Source: Polyangia bacterium
Lineage (GTDB): Bacteria > Myxococcota_A > Polyangia > Fen-1088
Direction of reading: 5' to 3'
DNA: 64,000 nucleotides
NCBI GenBank assembly: GCA_036500205.1
Contig: DASYCK010000172.1
Span: 3,967 to 67,966 of the forward strand
This document shows, piece by piece, positions 37,322-47,489 of this stretch. Under the pieces are notes generated by a model. It saw only the letters and a list, made by a program, of their open reading frames with translations. It made no database searches and was not told where the DNA came from. The position numbers and the translations under genes were made by a program. Each line of letters starts with the position of its first letter. Position 1 is the stretch's first letter.

Positions 37322-40000
37322 TCACATCTGCGGCAGCGACGCGCGCAGCGCCTCGTGCAGCCGGGTCATCCGCTCGCCGTCGGTGACCTTGGCCCCCGAC
37401 GCCTTGTCGCGGACGTAAAACGTGTCGACGACCCGGTTCGCCTCGGTGGCGATCTTCGAGCGATGAATGTCCAGCCCCTCGGCGAACAACGTCACCGCGA
37501 TCGTGTACAGGACGCCCGGGCGATCGCCCGTGATGACCTCGACGACCGTGAAGTCGCGGCTCCCCTGGTTGTCGATCTTGATCTCGGTCGGCACCATGGG
37601 GACCTTCCAGGCCGCCAGCGAGTCGCTGCTCTTGGAGCGCGCCGCCTTCAGCATCGCCTCGACCTTCACCGTGCCGGAGATGACCGACTCCAGGTCTTCG
37701 CGGATCTTCTTCCAGCGCAGGTCGTCGACCACCGGGCGGCCGTAGGCGTCGCGCACCAGGAAGATGTCCAACGCCTCGGCGGGAGCGTCGCCCTCGGCGT
37801 CGCGCGAGTAGATGGCCGCGTCGAGCACGTCGATGCGATGCGCGTGCAGCACGCCCGCCACCTCGGCCAGCAGGCCGGGGACGTCGACGGCGGCCAGCAC
37901 CACCTCGGTGGCGTCGACCCGCTTCTGCTGCCCCACCTTGATGATCGACGCCGCCCCCGCCTCCCGGCGCGCCCACATCAACTTGACGTGCGAGGCGATG
38001 CGCCCCGCCTCGTTCTCGGCGAAGTAGCGATCGGGCAGGCCCCGAAACAGGGCGTCGGGGATGGGGACCTCGGGGTTCTCCTCGAACAGCAGCCGCTCGG
38101 CGCGACGCTGGCGGCGCTTGACGGTCTCCTTGCGCTGGTCGCCCAGCAGATCACCGCCGCGCCGCAGGCTGGTGCGCGCCCGCTGATACAGCTCGCGGAG
38201 CAGCGTCTCCTTCCAGCTGGTCAGATTGTCGGGGTTCACCGAGCTGAGATCGCAGAACGTCAGCAGGAACAGCTCGCGCAGGTTCTCTTCGTCCTCGCAC
38301 AGGCGCCCGAAGTCCGCGATCATCTCCAGGTCCTCGAGATCGCGCCGCTGCGACATCTGCCCCATCACCAGGTGCTGCCGCACCAGGAACTCGGCGCGGT
38401 GCAGATCCTCGTCGTCCATGCCCAGCCGCCGCCCGATGGTCACCGTCAGATCGGCCCCGATGTCGCTGTGGGGCTTCCCCCAGGGCTTGCCCACGTCGTG
38501 TAGCAAGGTCCCCATGAACAGCGCCACCGGATGCTCCACCGCGCGGATCGTCTCGGTCAGCACGGGGAACTCGTCGGCCAGATCGCCGCGCGCCAGCGCG
38601 TGCATGCGCGCCATGGCGTACAGGGCGTGCTGGTCGACGGTGTACACGTGATAGATGTCGTGCTGCACGCGCCCGGTCGATGGCTCCCACTCGGGCATCA
38701 GCGCCGACAGCAGCCCCAGATCGTGCATCTCCTCGAGCCGCGAGGGTGTGGTGCGATCGCTGATGTCGGTGACGACGTCGATGAACTGCCGCCCCGAATC
38801 CGGATCGTCACGCAAAAGATTCCCGTGCGCCGCGCAGAGCTCCGAGATGAGCTCGCTGGTGCGCAGCGACAGCCCCACGTCCAGCTCGATGGCCGCCGAG
38901 AAGATGCGGATCATCTCCGACGGCTTGGTGAAGAAGACGCCGTCGTCCTTGGCCTCGAGCGCGCCATCGCGCAGCACGAGGCTGGGATCGTCGCTGGTGG
39001 CGCCACGCAGCCGCACCGGCTCGGTGACGCGCTGGTAGTCGTCCTTCATGGCCGCCCGCTGCAACAGCCGCTCGGTCTCGCGCCGGATCAGCTTCGCGTG
39101 GGCATGCAACTGGTGCATCAGCGCCTCGACCGCGGGATGGACGGCGGGGCGAATGTCGCCCTGCGCGACCTTGACGTTCGGGCACAGCACCGGCGCGATC
39201 GCCTCCTGCAGGGGAAAGCGCAGCTGATCCTGGCGGCGCCCCGCCGTCGCGTGCATGGCCACCCGCAACCGCAACAGCCACTCGCGCGCCGCCTCGAACG
39301 CCCCCGCCAGCCGCTCGGTCATCACGCCCAGATCGACCAGGCGACGTGGCTCGGAGGTGCCGAAGCGAGCCACCGCCGCCCAGCGTCCCATGCACAGGTC
39401 ACGCATGCCGCCCGGTCCGTTCTTCAGATCGGGTTCGAGCAAGAAGATCGTGTCGCCGAACCGGCTGTGCCGTGACTTCTGCTCCGCGCGCAGGCGGGCC
39501 ACGAAGTCCTCGGCGGCGGTGGCGGCCACGCGGGCCCGGAAGTCGGCCAGGAAGCTGGCCGCCATCTCGGCGTCACCCAGCAGGACACGCGCGTCGAGCA
39601 GCGCCGTGGCCGCCGCGAGATCGCTGGCGGGCAGCGTCAGCGCCTGCTCGTAGGAACGAACGGCGTGCCCGGCGTCGACCTTGGCGTCCCACAGCGGATG
39701 CAGGATCGCCTCCGCCAAGGTGCGCATCTCGCCGCCCGGCGTCCCCCGGCACAGCACCAGCAGGTCGAGGTCCGAATACGGCGCCAGTTCGCGCCGGCCA
39801 AAACCCCCCGTGGCAAAGATGGCGACGGGCACGGGGCACTTGGCCAGCAGCGGACCCGCCAGGCGGATGACGATCTCGTCGACGGCGTCCGACAGCCGCT
39901 TGGCGATGGTGACCCCGTCCAGGCCTTCCTTTATCTCCTGCCCGGCGCGATGGCGGGCGGCGGCGAATTGTTTGGCGATGTCGGTCAGAGGCTGGGCCAC
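37322..40000 (-). CDS. glnD: [protein-PII] uridylyltransferase/uridylyl-removing enzyme
   Basis: Nucleotidyltransferase region (GGFGRRELAPYSDLDLLVL). HD domain (LLHDVGKPWG). Two C-terminal ACT domains. The start is uncertain. I use GTG 40000 because the track start (40120) would run into the divergent gene. Confidence 0.88.
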   Translation of the reverse strand: MAQPLTDIAKQFAAARHRAGQEIKEGLDGVTIAKRLSDAVDEIVIRLAGPLLAKCPVPVAIFATGGFGRRELAPYSDLDLLVLCRGTPGGEMRTLAEAILHPLWDAKVDAGHAVRSYEQALTLPASDLAAATALLDARVLLGDAEMAASFLADFRARVAATAAEDFVARLRAEQKSRHSRFGDTIFLLEPDLKNGPGGMRDLCMGRWAAVARFGTSEPRRLVDLGVMTERLAGAFEAAREWLLRLRVAMHATAGRRQDQLRFPLQEAIAPVLCPNVKVAQGDIRPAVHPAVEALMHQLHAHAKLIRRETERLLQRAAMKDDYQRVTEPVRLRGATSDDPSLVLRDGALEAKDDGVFFTKPSEMIRIFSAAIELDVGLSLRTSELISELCAAHGNLLRDDPDSGRQFIDVVTDISDRTTPSRLEEMHDLGLLSALMPEWEPSTGRVQHDIYHVYTVDQHALYAMARMHALARGDLADEFPVLTETIRAVEHPVALFMGTLLHDVGKPWGKPHSDIGADLTVTIGRRLGMDDEDLHRAEFLVRQHLVMGQMSQRRDLEDLEMIADFGRLCEDEENLRELFLLTFCDLSSVNPDNLTSWKETLLRELYQRARTSLRRGGDLLGDQRKETVKRRQRRAERLLFEENPEVPIPDALFRGLPDRYFAENEAGRIASHVKLMWARREAGAASIIKVGQQKRVDATEVVLAAVDVPGLLAEVAGVLHAHRIDVLDAAIYSRDAEGDAPAEALDIFLVRDAYGRPVVDDLRWKKIREDLESVISGTVKVEAMLKAARSKSSDSLAAWKVPMVPTEIKIDNQGSRDFTVVEVITGDRPGVLYTIAVTLFAEGLDIHRSKIATEANRVVDTFYVRDKASGAKVTDGERMTRLHEALRASLPQM

Positions 40001-40098
40001 GCGGCGAGTATAGGCAGGTTTGCGTTCCCCCGCCGATCGGGAAGCGACATTTACGACGACCGTTGACGTCCGCCAATCAGTCGGGCACCGTATCGAAC

Positions 40099-40581
40099 AT
40101 GGCTGAGATTGAGCTGGCACCCCTTTCCCACCGCCTCGACGACGACGAGGTGAAATTGCTCGCCAAGCGCTTGAAGGATCTTGGCGTCGCGGAGTTCGAT
40201 CGGGGCGAGGACCATTCGAATCACACGATCGCCGCCCGCCTCTCGGAAGAGGCGTTGACGGAGTTCCTAGACCGCCTCGACGCCCATGATCTGGGGGCCG
40301 ACATTTATCTGCCCGTCGAGTTCGACGGGCGCGTCACGGTCGGTGAGTTCCGGGTCGCCTCGACCCACGCCCTGCAGGACATCCTCGAAGAGATGAAGGA
40401 AGAGCTGGGCGTCACCGAGGACGAAGAGTACGAGGACGACGAGGAGGAAGAAGAGGACGAAGACGAGGAAGAGGACGAGGGCACCGTCATCGAGGCGCAG
40501 CTTCGCCATATCTGGCAGCTGGTCTCCGACGGAGCCGCCGAGTCGGTCGACAAAGGGATGCCGCTGCACCTTCAGATCTAG
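40099..40581 (+). CDS. hypothetical acidic protein with poly-Asp/Glu tract
   Basis: Internal ATG giving MAEIELAPLSHRLDDDEV. Contains EDEEYEDDEEEEEDEDEEEDE. No family recognised. Confidence 0.5.
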   Translation: MAEIELAPLSHRLDDDEVKLLAKRLKDLGVAEFDRGEDHSNHTIAARLSEEALTEFLDRLDAHDLGADIYLPVEFDGRVTVGEFRVASTHALQDILEEMKEELGVTEDEEYEDDEEEEEDEDEEEDEGTVIEAQLRHIWQLVSDGAAESVDKGMPLHLQI

Positions 40582-40776
40582 GGGTCGGGCCGGCTACCCG
40601 ACGGTTGGAAGCCGGGCGACGATCCGGGGCGCTGGCGAAGCCGGGCCTGCGCTTCCGGTCCTCATTTACGACCAGTAAACTCCGGTCCGGTTCTCGGCCC
40701 GGCTTCGCCATCACCCCGGCTTGTCGCCCGATGTTCGCTTGGACTCTGTCTCTTGCCCAGTCCGGAATCCTCCGGC

Positions 40777-40906
40777 GATCGCGACATCAGAGCGCGCAAC
40801 GCGCGCGTGTCCAAGTAACGGGAGGCGCAGCTTCGCTGTGCCGGCCTCGACGTCGAGATCCCAGGGGGGCTACGTGGGGGGATGCTGCATCCCCCCGCGG
40901 GTTTTA
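40777..40906 (+). ncRNA. candidate structured small RNA / intergenic element, copy A
   Basis: A 66-nt block is 83% identical to 50320-50385. Two conserved hairpins are present (40793-40807 and 40825-40841). The element ends in GGGGGGATG-CTG-CATCCCCCC followed by GCGGGTTTT. Confidence 0.35.
40876..40905 (+). terminator. intrinsic terminator (plus-strand T-run), also abuts gshB stop
   Basis: 9-bp stem GGGGGGATG/CATCCCCCC, loop CTG, then GCGGGTTTT. Confidence 0.55.
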
Positions 40907-41962
40907 GGCCCGCATCAACACGTGCGGCGGCAGCCGATCCCCGTGCAACGCCCGCAGCTCCACGCGCCGCTCCAGATCGCGGACGATCTCGCTGGCCACG
41001 TCGATGCCGTACAGCTCGTTGATGTTGTGGATGCCGCCCGGCGCGAACACGTTGATCTCCAGCACCTTGCCGCCGACCAGATCGACGCCGACGAAGTACA
41101 GTCCGTCGGCGACCAGGCGGGGGCGCAGCAGATCGCACACGCGCGCCTCCGTCTCGGTGAACGTGCAGCGCTTGCGCGAGCCGCCGATGTGGATGTTGTT
41201 GCGGATGTCGTCCTTCGGGCGCATACGCCGGTAGGCTGCGGTGACACCGCCCACGCTGCAGACGTTGCCGCCCACCAGCAGGATGCGCTTGTCCCCCTTG
41301 GCGGCCGCCGGCAGATACTCCTGCACGATCACGTAGCCGTCCCGCCGCACCGTCGAGATCATCTGCGCCAGGTTCGCCGTCTGCAGGCGATCGACGAAGA
41401 ACACGTTCTTCCCGCCGAAGCCAGCGAGCGGCTTGACGATGGCCGGGCCGTCGAGCTCGCGCAGGAAGGCGCGCGCGCGATCGAGCGAGCGCGTGATCAA
41501 AGTCTTCGGCCGCAGCTCGACCGGAAAGCCCGCCAGGTACATCTTCGAGCCGGCGCGCGTCAGGCCGTCCGGATCGTTCAGCACCATCACGCCGGAGCTC
41601 TTCAGGCGCCGGCCGAAGTCGATGGCGGGATTGAAGTCGTCGCCGCCGTCCCCCTCCCGCCGCCCCACGCTGGGGTTGTTGCGCAGGAACACCACGTCGA
41701 AGCGATTCAGGCGCGCCGTCTCGCGGAGGGCGTCGGCGGCGGCCAGCCCCTTGACGTAGGCCGCCACGTCGCGGATCCGTTTGGCCTTCGGCCGCACCAG
41801 CTCGCCCAGCACCTCGCCGTCGCCCCCCTGCCCCAGCGACAGCGCGTCGACGGAGACGAACCCCACGTCGTGCCCACGCCGGGACGCCGCCAGAGCGAGG
41901 TGAGCCGTGGTGTACGTCGGGCGCTGCGTCCGAACGCTGTTGACGACGAAGCAGAGCCGCAT
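40904..41962 (-). CDS. gshB: glutathione synthetase (ATP-grasp)
   Basis: Internal ATG (MRLCFVVNSVRTQ). IVKPLAGFGGKNVFFV, GDKRILLVGG, IRNNIHIGG and FVGVDLVGGKVLEINVFAPGG match prokaryotic GshB. Confidence 0.8.
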   Translation of the reverse strand: MRLCFVVNSVRTQRPTYTTAHLALAASRRGHDVGFVSVDALSLGQGGDGEVLGELVRPKAKRIRDVAAYVKGLAAADALRETARLNRFDVVFLRNNPSVGRREGDGGDDFNPAIDFGRRLKSSGVMVLNDPDGLTRAGSKMYLAGFPVELRPKTLITRSLDRARAFLRELDGPAIVKPLAGFGGKNVFFVDRLQTANLAQMISTVRRDGYVIVQEYLPAAAKGDKRILLVGGNVCSVGGVTAAYRRMRPKDDIRNNIHIGGSRKRCTFTETEARVCDLLRPRLVADGLYFVGVDLVGGKVLEINVFAPGGIHNINELYGIDVASEIVRDLERRVELRALHGDRLPPHVLMRA

Positions 41963-42027
41963 GGGTCGATTCGAAGCGCGCCGAGTATAGCTGCATTTTC
42001 CCGGACCTTTGGGTAAAGTGAGGTCTG

Positions 42028-43491
42028 ATGTCGAGCAACACCTTGCGTGGAATCGGCCAAAAAGGGGCCGATAAGGACGCGGCAGGCGGCAAGCCCCCAG
42101 GCGACTCCGAAGCCAAGCCACCCCAGGGGCAGGCTCCCGGAGCGTCGCCCGCTGGAGCCAAGGTCGAGGCGAAGCCAGAACCCGCGCCTCAGTCCGTCTT
42201 CATTCAGGATCTCACGCCGCTGCGTTCGCTCGACTCGACCGTTCCGGGAACGCGATCGCTCGACGCCAGCGTTCCTGGCGCCGCACCGTCCCTCGACGCC
42301 AAGCTGGCCCGGGTCACCCCGCCGATGGCGCAAACGCTGATCGGCGTCACGATGCCCAAGATAATTTCGCCGCTGCTCAAGCCGCCCGCGCCGCTGCCCC
42401 ATCAGGCCCCTGTGGCGACGTCCAGCGCGGCAGGGCGCCGCGACATCGGCACGGCGGTCGGGCGCGACGTCCATCTCCCGCCCGAGCTTCAGCGCGCCGC
42501 GGGCACTCATCCGACCGGTGCCGTCTCCGAGCCGGCCGGGCCGACGATCGCGCGGGGCGCCGGAGCGCAGGGCGAGCCGACGGATCCGGTTTCGGCGCCG
42601 ACCCTCGATGCCGCGGACGGGTCACCGCGAACCACCGACGATCTAGGGGTCGGCTCGCACCTCCCCTGGTATGACCAGCTCCCTCACGCCGAGGAGGTCT
42701 ACGACGATCCGAAGCCGAACATCGTGGCGCGCGTGGCGGTCGGCGCGGCGGCGGCCGCCGCCGTCGCCATCCTGGTGCTGGCCTTCGTGCGCATGCGCGG
42801 TCATGGCGAGCCGGAGGAGGCGACCGAAACGCAAGCAGCGGTGACCCGACCAGTGGCGCCCGCCCCCAAGGCCGCTCCCGTGCCGGCGCCCCCTCCGCCT
42901 GCTCCCCCGGTGGCCGCCGTTCCGCCCGCTCCGGTTCCGACACCGCCGCCTCCCGCGCCCGTCGTCGCGCAGCCCAGCCCCGCAGCGCAGCCGACCCCAG
43001 CGGTAGAGCCCGCACCGCACGTCGCCGCGCCGGTCGCCACCGCCGCCGCGGTCCCGCCTCCCCCTCCGATCGCCGTGGCCGCTCCTGTGGTGGCGAAGCC
43101 GGTCGCCGTGGCGCCGCGAGAGGCGCCCGCGCCGGTCGCGCCAGCGCGCGTGGCTCCCCAGCCCCCGCGGACCAAACCGGTCGCCGCGGCGCCGGTCGCA
43201 AAGCCGATCCCCGCGGCCATCAGCGCGACAGCGTCGCCGGCCCCTCCACGCGCGCAGGCCCCGCGCCCCGCGGCCACCCCCGCCTCCCTGACGACGCGCT
43301 CCGCGCGTCCGTTGGCCGCGGCCTCCGCGGCGCCTCGCCCCGCCGCGGCCGCCGTTCGCAAGAGCCCGGTGGTGGCCACCGCGCCATCAGTCCCGGCTTC
43401 CCGTCCCGCGCAGCGCCCCGCGAAATCCACCGATCGCTCGAAGCAGAAGCTGACCGACCCGGACTCGACCTTGCCGCTCTCCCTCGACTGA
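42028..43491 (+). CDS. hypothetical Pro/Ala-rich single-pass membrane protein
   Basis: Codon usage fits the + frame. One TM is present (VAVGAAAAAAVAILVLAFV), followed by a ~220-aa P/A-rich tail. The overlapping minus ORFs are Arg-rich artefacts. Confidence 0.45.
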   Translation: MSSNTLRGIGQKGADKDAAGGKPPGDSEAKPPQGQAPGASPAGAKVEAKPEPAPQSVFIQDLTPLRSLDSTVPGTRSLDASVPGAAPSLDAKLARVTPPMAQTLIGVTMPKIISPLLKPPAPLPHQAPVATSSAAGRRDIGTAVGRDVHLPPELQRAAGTHPTGAVSEPAGPTIARGAGAQGEPTDPVSAPTLDAADGSPRTTDDLGVGSHLPWYDQLPHAEEVYDDPKPNIVARVAVGAAAAAAVAILVLAFVRMRGHGEPEEATETQAAVTRPVAPAPKAAPVPAPPPPAPPVAAVPPAPVPTPPPPAPVVAQPSPAAQPTPAVEPAPHVAAPVATAAAVPPPPPIAVAAPVVAKPVAVAPREAPAPVAPARVAPQPPRTKPVAAAPVAKPIPAAISATASPAPPRAQAPRPAATPASLTTRSARPLAAASAAPRPAAAAVRKSPVVATAPSVPASRPAQRPAKSTDRSKQKLTDPDSTLPLSLD

Positions 43492-43601
43492 TTTCGCGTG
43501 TCGCGTCCCCCCGCATTCCGCCGTTTCCGGCGACGTTTCGGCCCCTCAGCAGGTCATGACGCCTTGCCCTTGGATGTTTTTTGTGATACCCCAAACGAAA
43601 A

Positions 43602-45167
43602 ATGAAGATAGCGCCGGATCAAATCGACCCCGACGCCGCGAAAGTCGTTGAGAGACTCCGCCGCTACGATCACAAGGCTTACCTGGTCGGCGGATGCGTT
43701 CGCGACCTGCTGCTCGAGCTGAAGCCGAAAGACTTCGACGTCGTCACCAGCGCGACGCCTCCCGACATCAAGCGGCTGTTCCGCAACTGCCGCATCATTG
43801 GCCGGCGGTTTCGCCTGGCGCACGTGTTCTTCGGACCGAAGATCATCGAGACGTCGACCTTCCGCGCCAACCCGCGCGAGGTGGAAGAGGAAGACGCCGC
43901 CGGTGGCCCGGAGACCGAGACCGGCGATCTGCTCATTCGCCGCGACAACGTGTTCGGAACGCCCGAGGAAGACGCGCGTCGCCGCGACTTCACCATCAAC
44001 GGCCTGTTCTACGACATCGAGACGGCCGAGGTGATCGACCACGTCGGCGGCATGGCCGATCTGGAAGCGCGCCTGGTGCGCACCATCGGCGATCCCGACA
44101 TCCGCCTGCGCGAGGATCCGGTGCGGATCCTGCGCGCCGTGAAGTTCGCGGCGCGCTGCAGCCTGGCCATCGAGCCCGAGACGTACCGGCGCATGATGGA
44201 GCACCGCCAGGAGATCACGAAGTGCGCCCAGGCGCGCGTCTCCGAGGAGTTCTATCGCCTGCTGCGCCAGAGCGCCGCCAAGCGCTCGATGGAGCTGCTG
44301 CTGGAGATGGAGCTGCTCGACATCATGGTGCCGGAGCTGGCCAAGGGCCTGCGCGACACCGACGACAGCGAGGACGCCGTTCGCAAGCGCGCCCGCCTCT
44401 GGTCGTACCTGGGCGCCCTCGACCGACAGTCGACGAAGCGCCCCACGCCCCCTTCGAACGCGCTCATCCTGGCCGCGCTGTCGCTGCCGCCGCTGCGCGA
44501 CGTGCTCGACCCGGACAGCACCGGCATCGGCGACGTGGGCAAGACGGTGGCGCTGGCCATCGCGCCGCTCGTCGAGCGCCTGAAGGCCTCGCGGCGCGAC
44601 GCCGAGCTGACCCGCCAGATGTTGCTGGCGCTGCGCTACGTGCTCCCCTCGCAGCGGCCGAATCGCCGCCGCCCGCGGCTGGCGGGGCGCGACTTCCTCG
44701 ATGACGCCCTCCGTCTGGCCGAGCTGGTGTCGGACGCCGAGACGCTGGAGCCGACGCTGGCCGGGCGACCCATCGCGGGCCTGGGCGCGCCCGCGCCGTC
44801 CGAGGCCGACGACGCGCAGCTCTCCGACGAGGAGCTCGCCCCCGAGCTCGAGCCGATCGACGCGAAGGGTGGACGCTGGCGGGGACGACGCGGTCGCGAC
44901 CGACGGCCGGGCCAGGGTGCTGATCTGGGCGCGCCGCGGGAGCAGGGAGCGAACGGCGACGTCGCGCCCCGGCAACCCGAGCGCGGCGCGCCGAGCGCCC
45001 CGCGTGGACCTTACGTTCCGTCGAGCTACCGCCAGCCGGCGCCGCTCGCCACCGGAACACCGGCCCTCGATGCCCTCGCCGCCACCTTGCCGCCCCCGCT
45101 GTTCTCCGAGCGGCCGAGCTTCCTGGGCATCGGCACGTTCGGCGGTCCCTGGGCCGCCCGCGACTGA
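43602..45167 (+). CDS. pcnB: poly(A) polymerase I / tRNA nucleotidyltransferase family
   Basis: AYLVGGCVRDLLL...KDFDVVT and RIIGRRFRLAHVFFG (PcnB-specific) are present. The C-terminal tail is Arg-rich. Confidence 0.85.
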   Translation: MKIAPDQIDPDAAKVVERLRRYDHKAYLVGGCVRDLLLELKPKDFDVVTSATPPDIKRLFRNCRIIGRRFRLAHVFFGPKIIETSTFRANPREVEEEDAAGGPETETGDLLIRRDNVFGTPEEDARRRDFTINGLFYDIETAEVIDHVGGMADLEARLVRTIGDPDIRLREDPVRILRAVKFAARCSLAIEPETYRRMMEHRQEITKCAQARVSEEFYRLLRQSAAKRSMELLLEMELLDIMVPELAKGLRDTDDSEDAVRKRARLWSYLGALDRQSTKRPTPPSNALILAALSLPPLRDVLDPDSTGIGDVGKTVALAIAPLVERLKASRRDAELTRQMLLALRYVLPSQRPNRRRPRLAGRDFLDDALRLAELVSDAETLEPTLAGRPIAGLGAPAPSEADDAQLSDEELAPELEPIDAKGGRWRGRRGRDRRPGQGADLGAPREQGANGDVAPRQPERGAPSAPRGPYVPSSYRQPAPLATGTPALDALAATLPPPLFSERPSFLGIGTFGGPWAARD

Positions 45168-45199
45168 AGCGAGGCCCCGAGCAGCGGTGCCCTGCGCCG

Positions 45200-45829
45200 C
45201 TACTCGCGGGGGACGCCGTCGAAGAAGTCGACCACGCCCGTCTCGAGCGAATACTCGGCGCCCACGACGACCAGGCCGTTCGTCTGGATGAGCTGCTCGA
45301 GCACCTCCGAACCGTGGCGGAGATGGTTGGCCGACACGCGGATGTTCGCGCGCACGGCGTGTTGAATCAGCGCCTTCGGATCGTTCTTCAGATCGGTCGC
45401 CAGCAACGTCTCGACCGAGGGGCGCACCCGATCGACGATCGAGCGGAGGTTTCGCGACTGGTTCTCGGTGGCGTGCTGCAGCTCCTCGAGCGTGGCGGTG
45501 ACGGCGCCGCACTGCGAGTGTCCCAGCACGACGACCAGGCGGGTCCCGAACCGCGCTGCCGCGAACTCGACGCTGCCCACCTGCGATGAGGCGACGATGT
45601 TTCCGGCGACGCGGATGACGAACAGATCGCCCAGCCCCTGATCGAACACCAGCTCGGCTGGCACGCGCGCGTCGGAGCAGCCGAGGATGATGGCCATCGG
45701 TTCCTGGCTGGTGGGGAGCTCGGCGCGGGGTCGCCGGACCGTTCCCCCGCCCGCGTGCACCTCGGACACGAAACGTTGGTTGCCGTCGCGCAGACGGTCG
45801 AAGGCCTCGCGCGCGGAGACTATCGGCAT
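45200..45829 (-). CDS. beta-class carbonic anhydrase
   Basis: Internal ATG after GAGGAA. LGCSDARVP, FVIRVAGN and GHSQCGAV zinc-ligand motifs are present. Confidence 0.88.
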   Translation of the reverse strand: MPIVSAREAFDRLRDGNQRFVSEVHAGGGTVRRPRAELPTSQEPMAIILGCSDARVPAELVFDQGLGDLFVIRVAGNIVASSQVGSVEFAAARFGTRLVVVLGHSQCGAVTATLEELQHATENQSRNLRSIVDRVRPSVETLLATDLKNDPKALIQHAVRANIRVSANHLRHGSEVLEQLIQTNGLVVVGAEYSLETGVVDFFDGVPRE

Positions 45830-45902
45830 CTCATTCCTCGATTGACGGACAGGGAGCGCATGAACCGTAGCTTCTCGCCCCCGACCGCATTCCGCAAGCC
45901 GA

Positions 45903-46607
45903 TCAGACGCGGTAACGGGTCGGGTCGGGCACGCCGGCGCCGGCGAAGCCCGCCCGTCGCAGCTGGCAGGCATCGCACGCCCCGCAGGCGCGTCCGTCGT
46001 CGCTCGGGTCGTAGCACGACAGGGTCAGTCCGTAGTCCACGCCCAGCGCCACGCCGGCCCGGATGATCTCCGCCTTGGACATGGCGATGAGCGGTGCCAC
46101 CAGCCTGGGCGCATGCCCTTCGGCGCCGGCGCGCGTGCCGCGCGTGGCCACGTCCTGCATGGCGGCCAGCCACTCGGGCCGGCAGTCGGGGTATCCGGAC
46201 GAGTCGAGCACGTTCACGCCGATCACGATCTCCTGGGCGCCGGTGATCTCGGCGACGGCCAGCGCGTACGCGACGAAGATGGTGTTCCGGGCCGGCACGT
46301 AGGTGATGGGGATGCCGGCGCCGATCTCCGCGTCGCTGCGCCCCTTCGGCACGGCGATGGCGTCGGTCAGCGCCGAGCCGCCGATGCCGCGCAGGTCGAT
46401 GTCGATGACCCGGGTCGAGTCGGCGTGGAGCGCGCGCGCCACCGCCGCGGCGGCGTTCAGCTCGACCGCGTGCCGCTGGCCGTAGCGAAAGCTGAGCGCG
46501 TGACAGCGCCGGCCGGCCGCCTTGGTCATGGCCAGGGCCGTGGCCGAGTCCAGCCCACCGGACAGCAGAACGATCGCGTCGGTGACGGGGTTTGAATCGG
46601 GAGTCAT
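45903..46607 (-). CDS. queC: 7-cyano-7-deazaguanine synthase
   Basis: PP-loop [13 protein letters not shown], and C-terminal zinc site CGACDAC. Confidence 0.93.
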   Translation of the reverse strand: MTPDSNPVTDAIVLLSGGLDSATALAMTKAAGRRCHALSFRYGQRHAVELNAAAAVARALHADSTRVIDIDLRGIGGSALTDAIAVPKGRSDAEIGAGIPITYVPARNTIFVAYALAVAEITGAQEIVIGVNVLDSSGYPDCRPEWLAAMQDVATRGTRAGAEGHAPRLVAPLIAMSKAEIIRAGVALGVDYGLTLSCYDPSDDGRACGACDACQLRRAGFAGAGVPDPTRYRV

Positions 46608-46663
46608 GACTGAAGGGGCGGCAGCATAGATCGGCGGCCGCGATCGGCGCTAACCTCGTCGAC

Positions 46664-47485
46664 GTGTCAGCGGTCCCCAAACGGCGCGCCCGGATTGTCG
46701 CCGCCGAGCGCGCCGGTGCCATCGAGCCGTTTCGCGACGCCGCCCTATACGACTGGGAGTACCGCCGGCGGCGCGCCGACGTGGCGTTCTACCGCATGCT
46801 GGCAGACGAGCGGGGCGGTCCCATCCTGGATCTGGGGTGCGGGACGGGGCGGCTCCTGATTCCGCTGCTGCGCGACGGGCACAGGGTCGTCGGCGTCGAC
46901 CTGTCAGCGCCCATGCTGGCGCGCGCCGCCGCCCGGCGCGCCCGCCTGCCGCGCCACCAGGCGGCGCGCGGCCTGCTGCTGCGTGGCGATCTGCGCCGGC
47001 TGCCGGTGCGCGGGCCGTTCCCCTTGATCACGATGGCGTTCCACACCATCCAGCACCTGGTCGACGACGCCGACCTGGTGGGCCTGTTGCGCGCCGTTCA
47101 CGACCTGCTGACGCCGGACGGCTGGTTCGCGTTCGACGTGTTCTTCCCCAGCGCCGCCTGGCTGGCGCGCCCGTCGAACCGCCGCTTCGATCACACGCTC
47201 TTCCGCCACCCGCATACCCGGGAACGGATGGAGTACAGCGTGTCCCATCGCCTCGACCGCGAGCGGCGCGCGCTGCACATGTTCCTGCACTACCGCGAGC
47301 TCTCCGCGCCTCGCGGACGCATCGTGCGGCTCTGCCATCGCCAGCTGCCGCCCGACGACGTGGCGGCCCTGCTGGCGAAGGCTGGCCTGAAGGTGATCGC
47401 CCGCTGGGGCGGCTGGAGAAACGAGCCGCTCGAACATCCGGAGGATTCCGAGCAGCACGTCTATCTGGTCCGGCGGGCCGGTTAG
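46664..47485 (+). CDS. class I SAM-dependent methyltransferase
   Basis: ILDLGCGTGRLLIPL and VVGVDLS are present. The substrate is unknown. Confidence 0.8.
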   Translation: MSAVPKRRARIVAAERAGAIEPFRDAALYDWEYRRRRADVAFYRMLADERGGPILDLGCGTGRLLIPLLRDGHRVVGVDLSAPMLARAAARRARLPRHQAARGLLLRGDLRRLPVRGPFPLITMAFHTIQHLVDDADLVGLLRAVHDLLTPDGWFAFDVFFPSAAWLARPSNRRFDHTLFRHPHTRERMEYSVSHRLDRERRALHMFLHYRELSAPRGRIVRLCHRQLPPDDVAALLAKAGLKVIARWGGWRNEPLEHPEDSEQHVYLVRRAG

Positions 47486-47489
47486 CCCC

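Noticed and set aside
40605-40907. 100-aa + strand ORF covering repeat copy A. Its translation (RSRHQSAQRARV..GGAASL) is similar to a frame in copy B.
   Set aside because: Copy B has no ATG or GTG start in that frame, and the frame is closed by a stop at 50271-50273. The peptide is Arg-rich, which is typical of non-coding GC-rich DNA. The similarity simply follows from gap-free nucleotide identity, so I prefer an RNA or DNA element.
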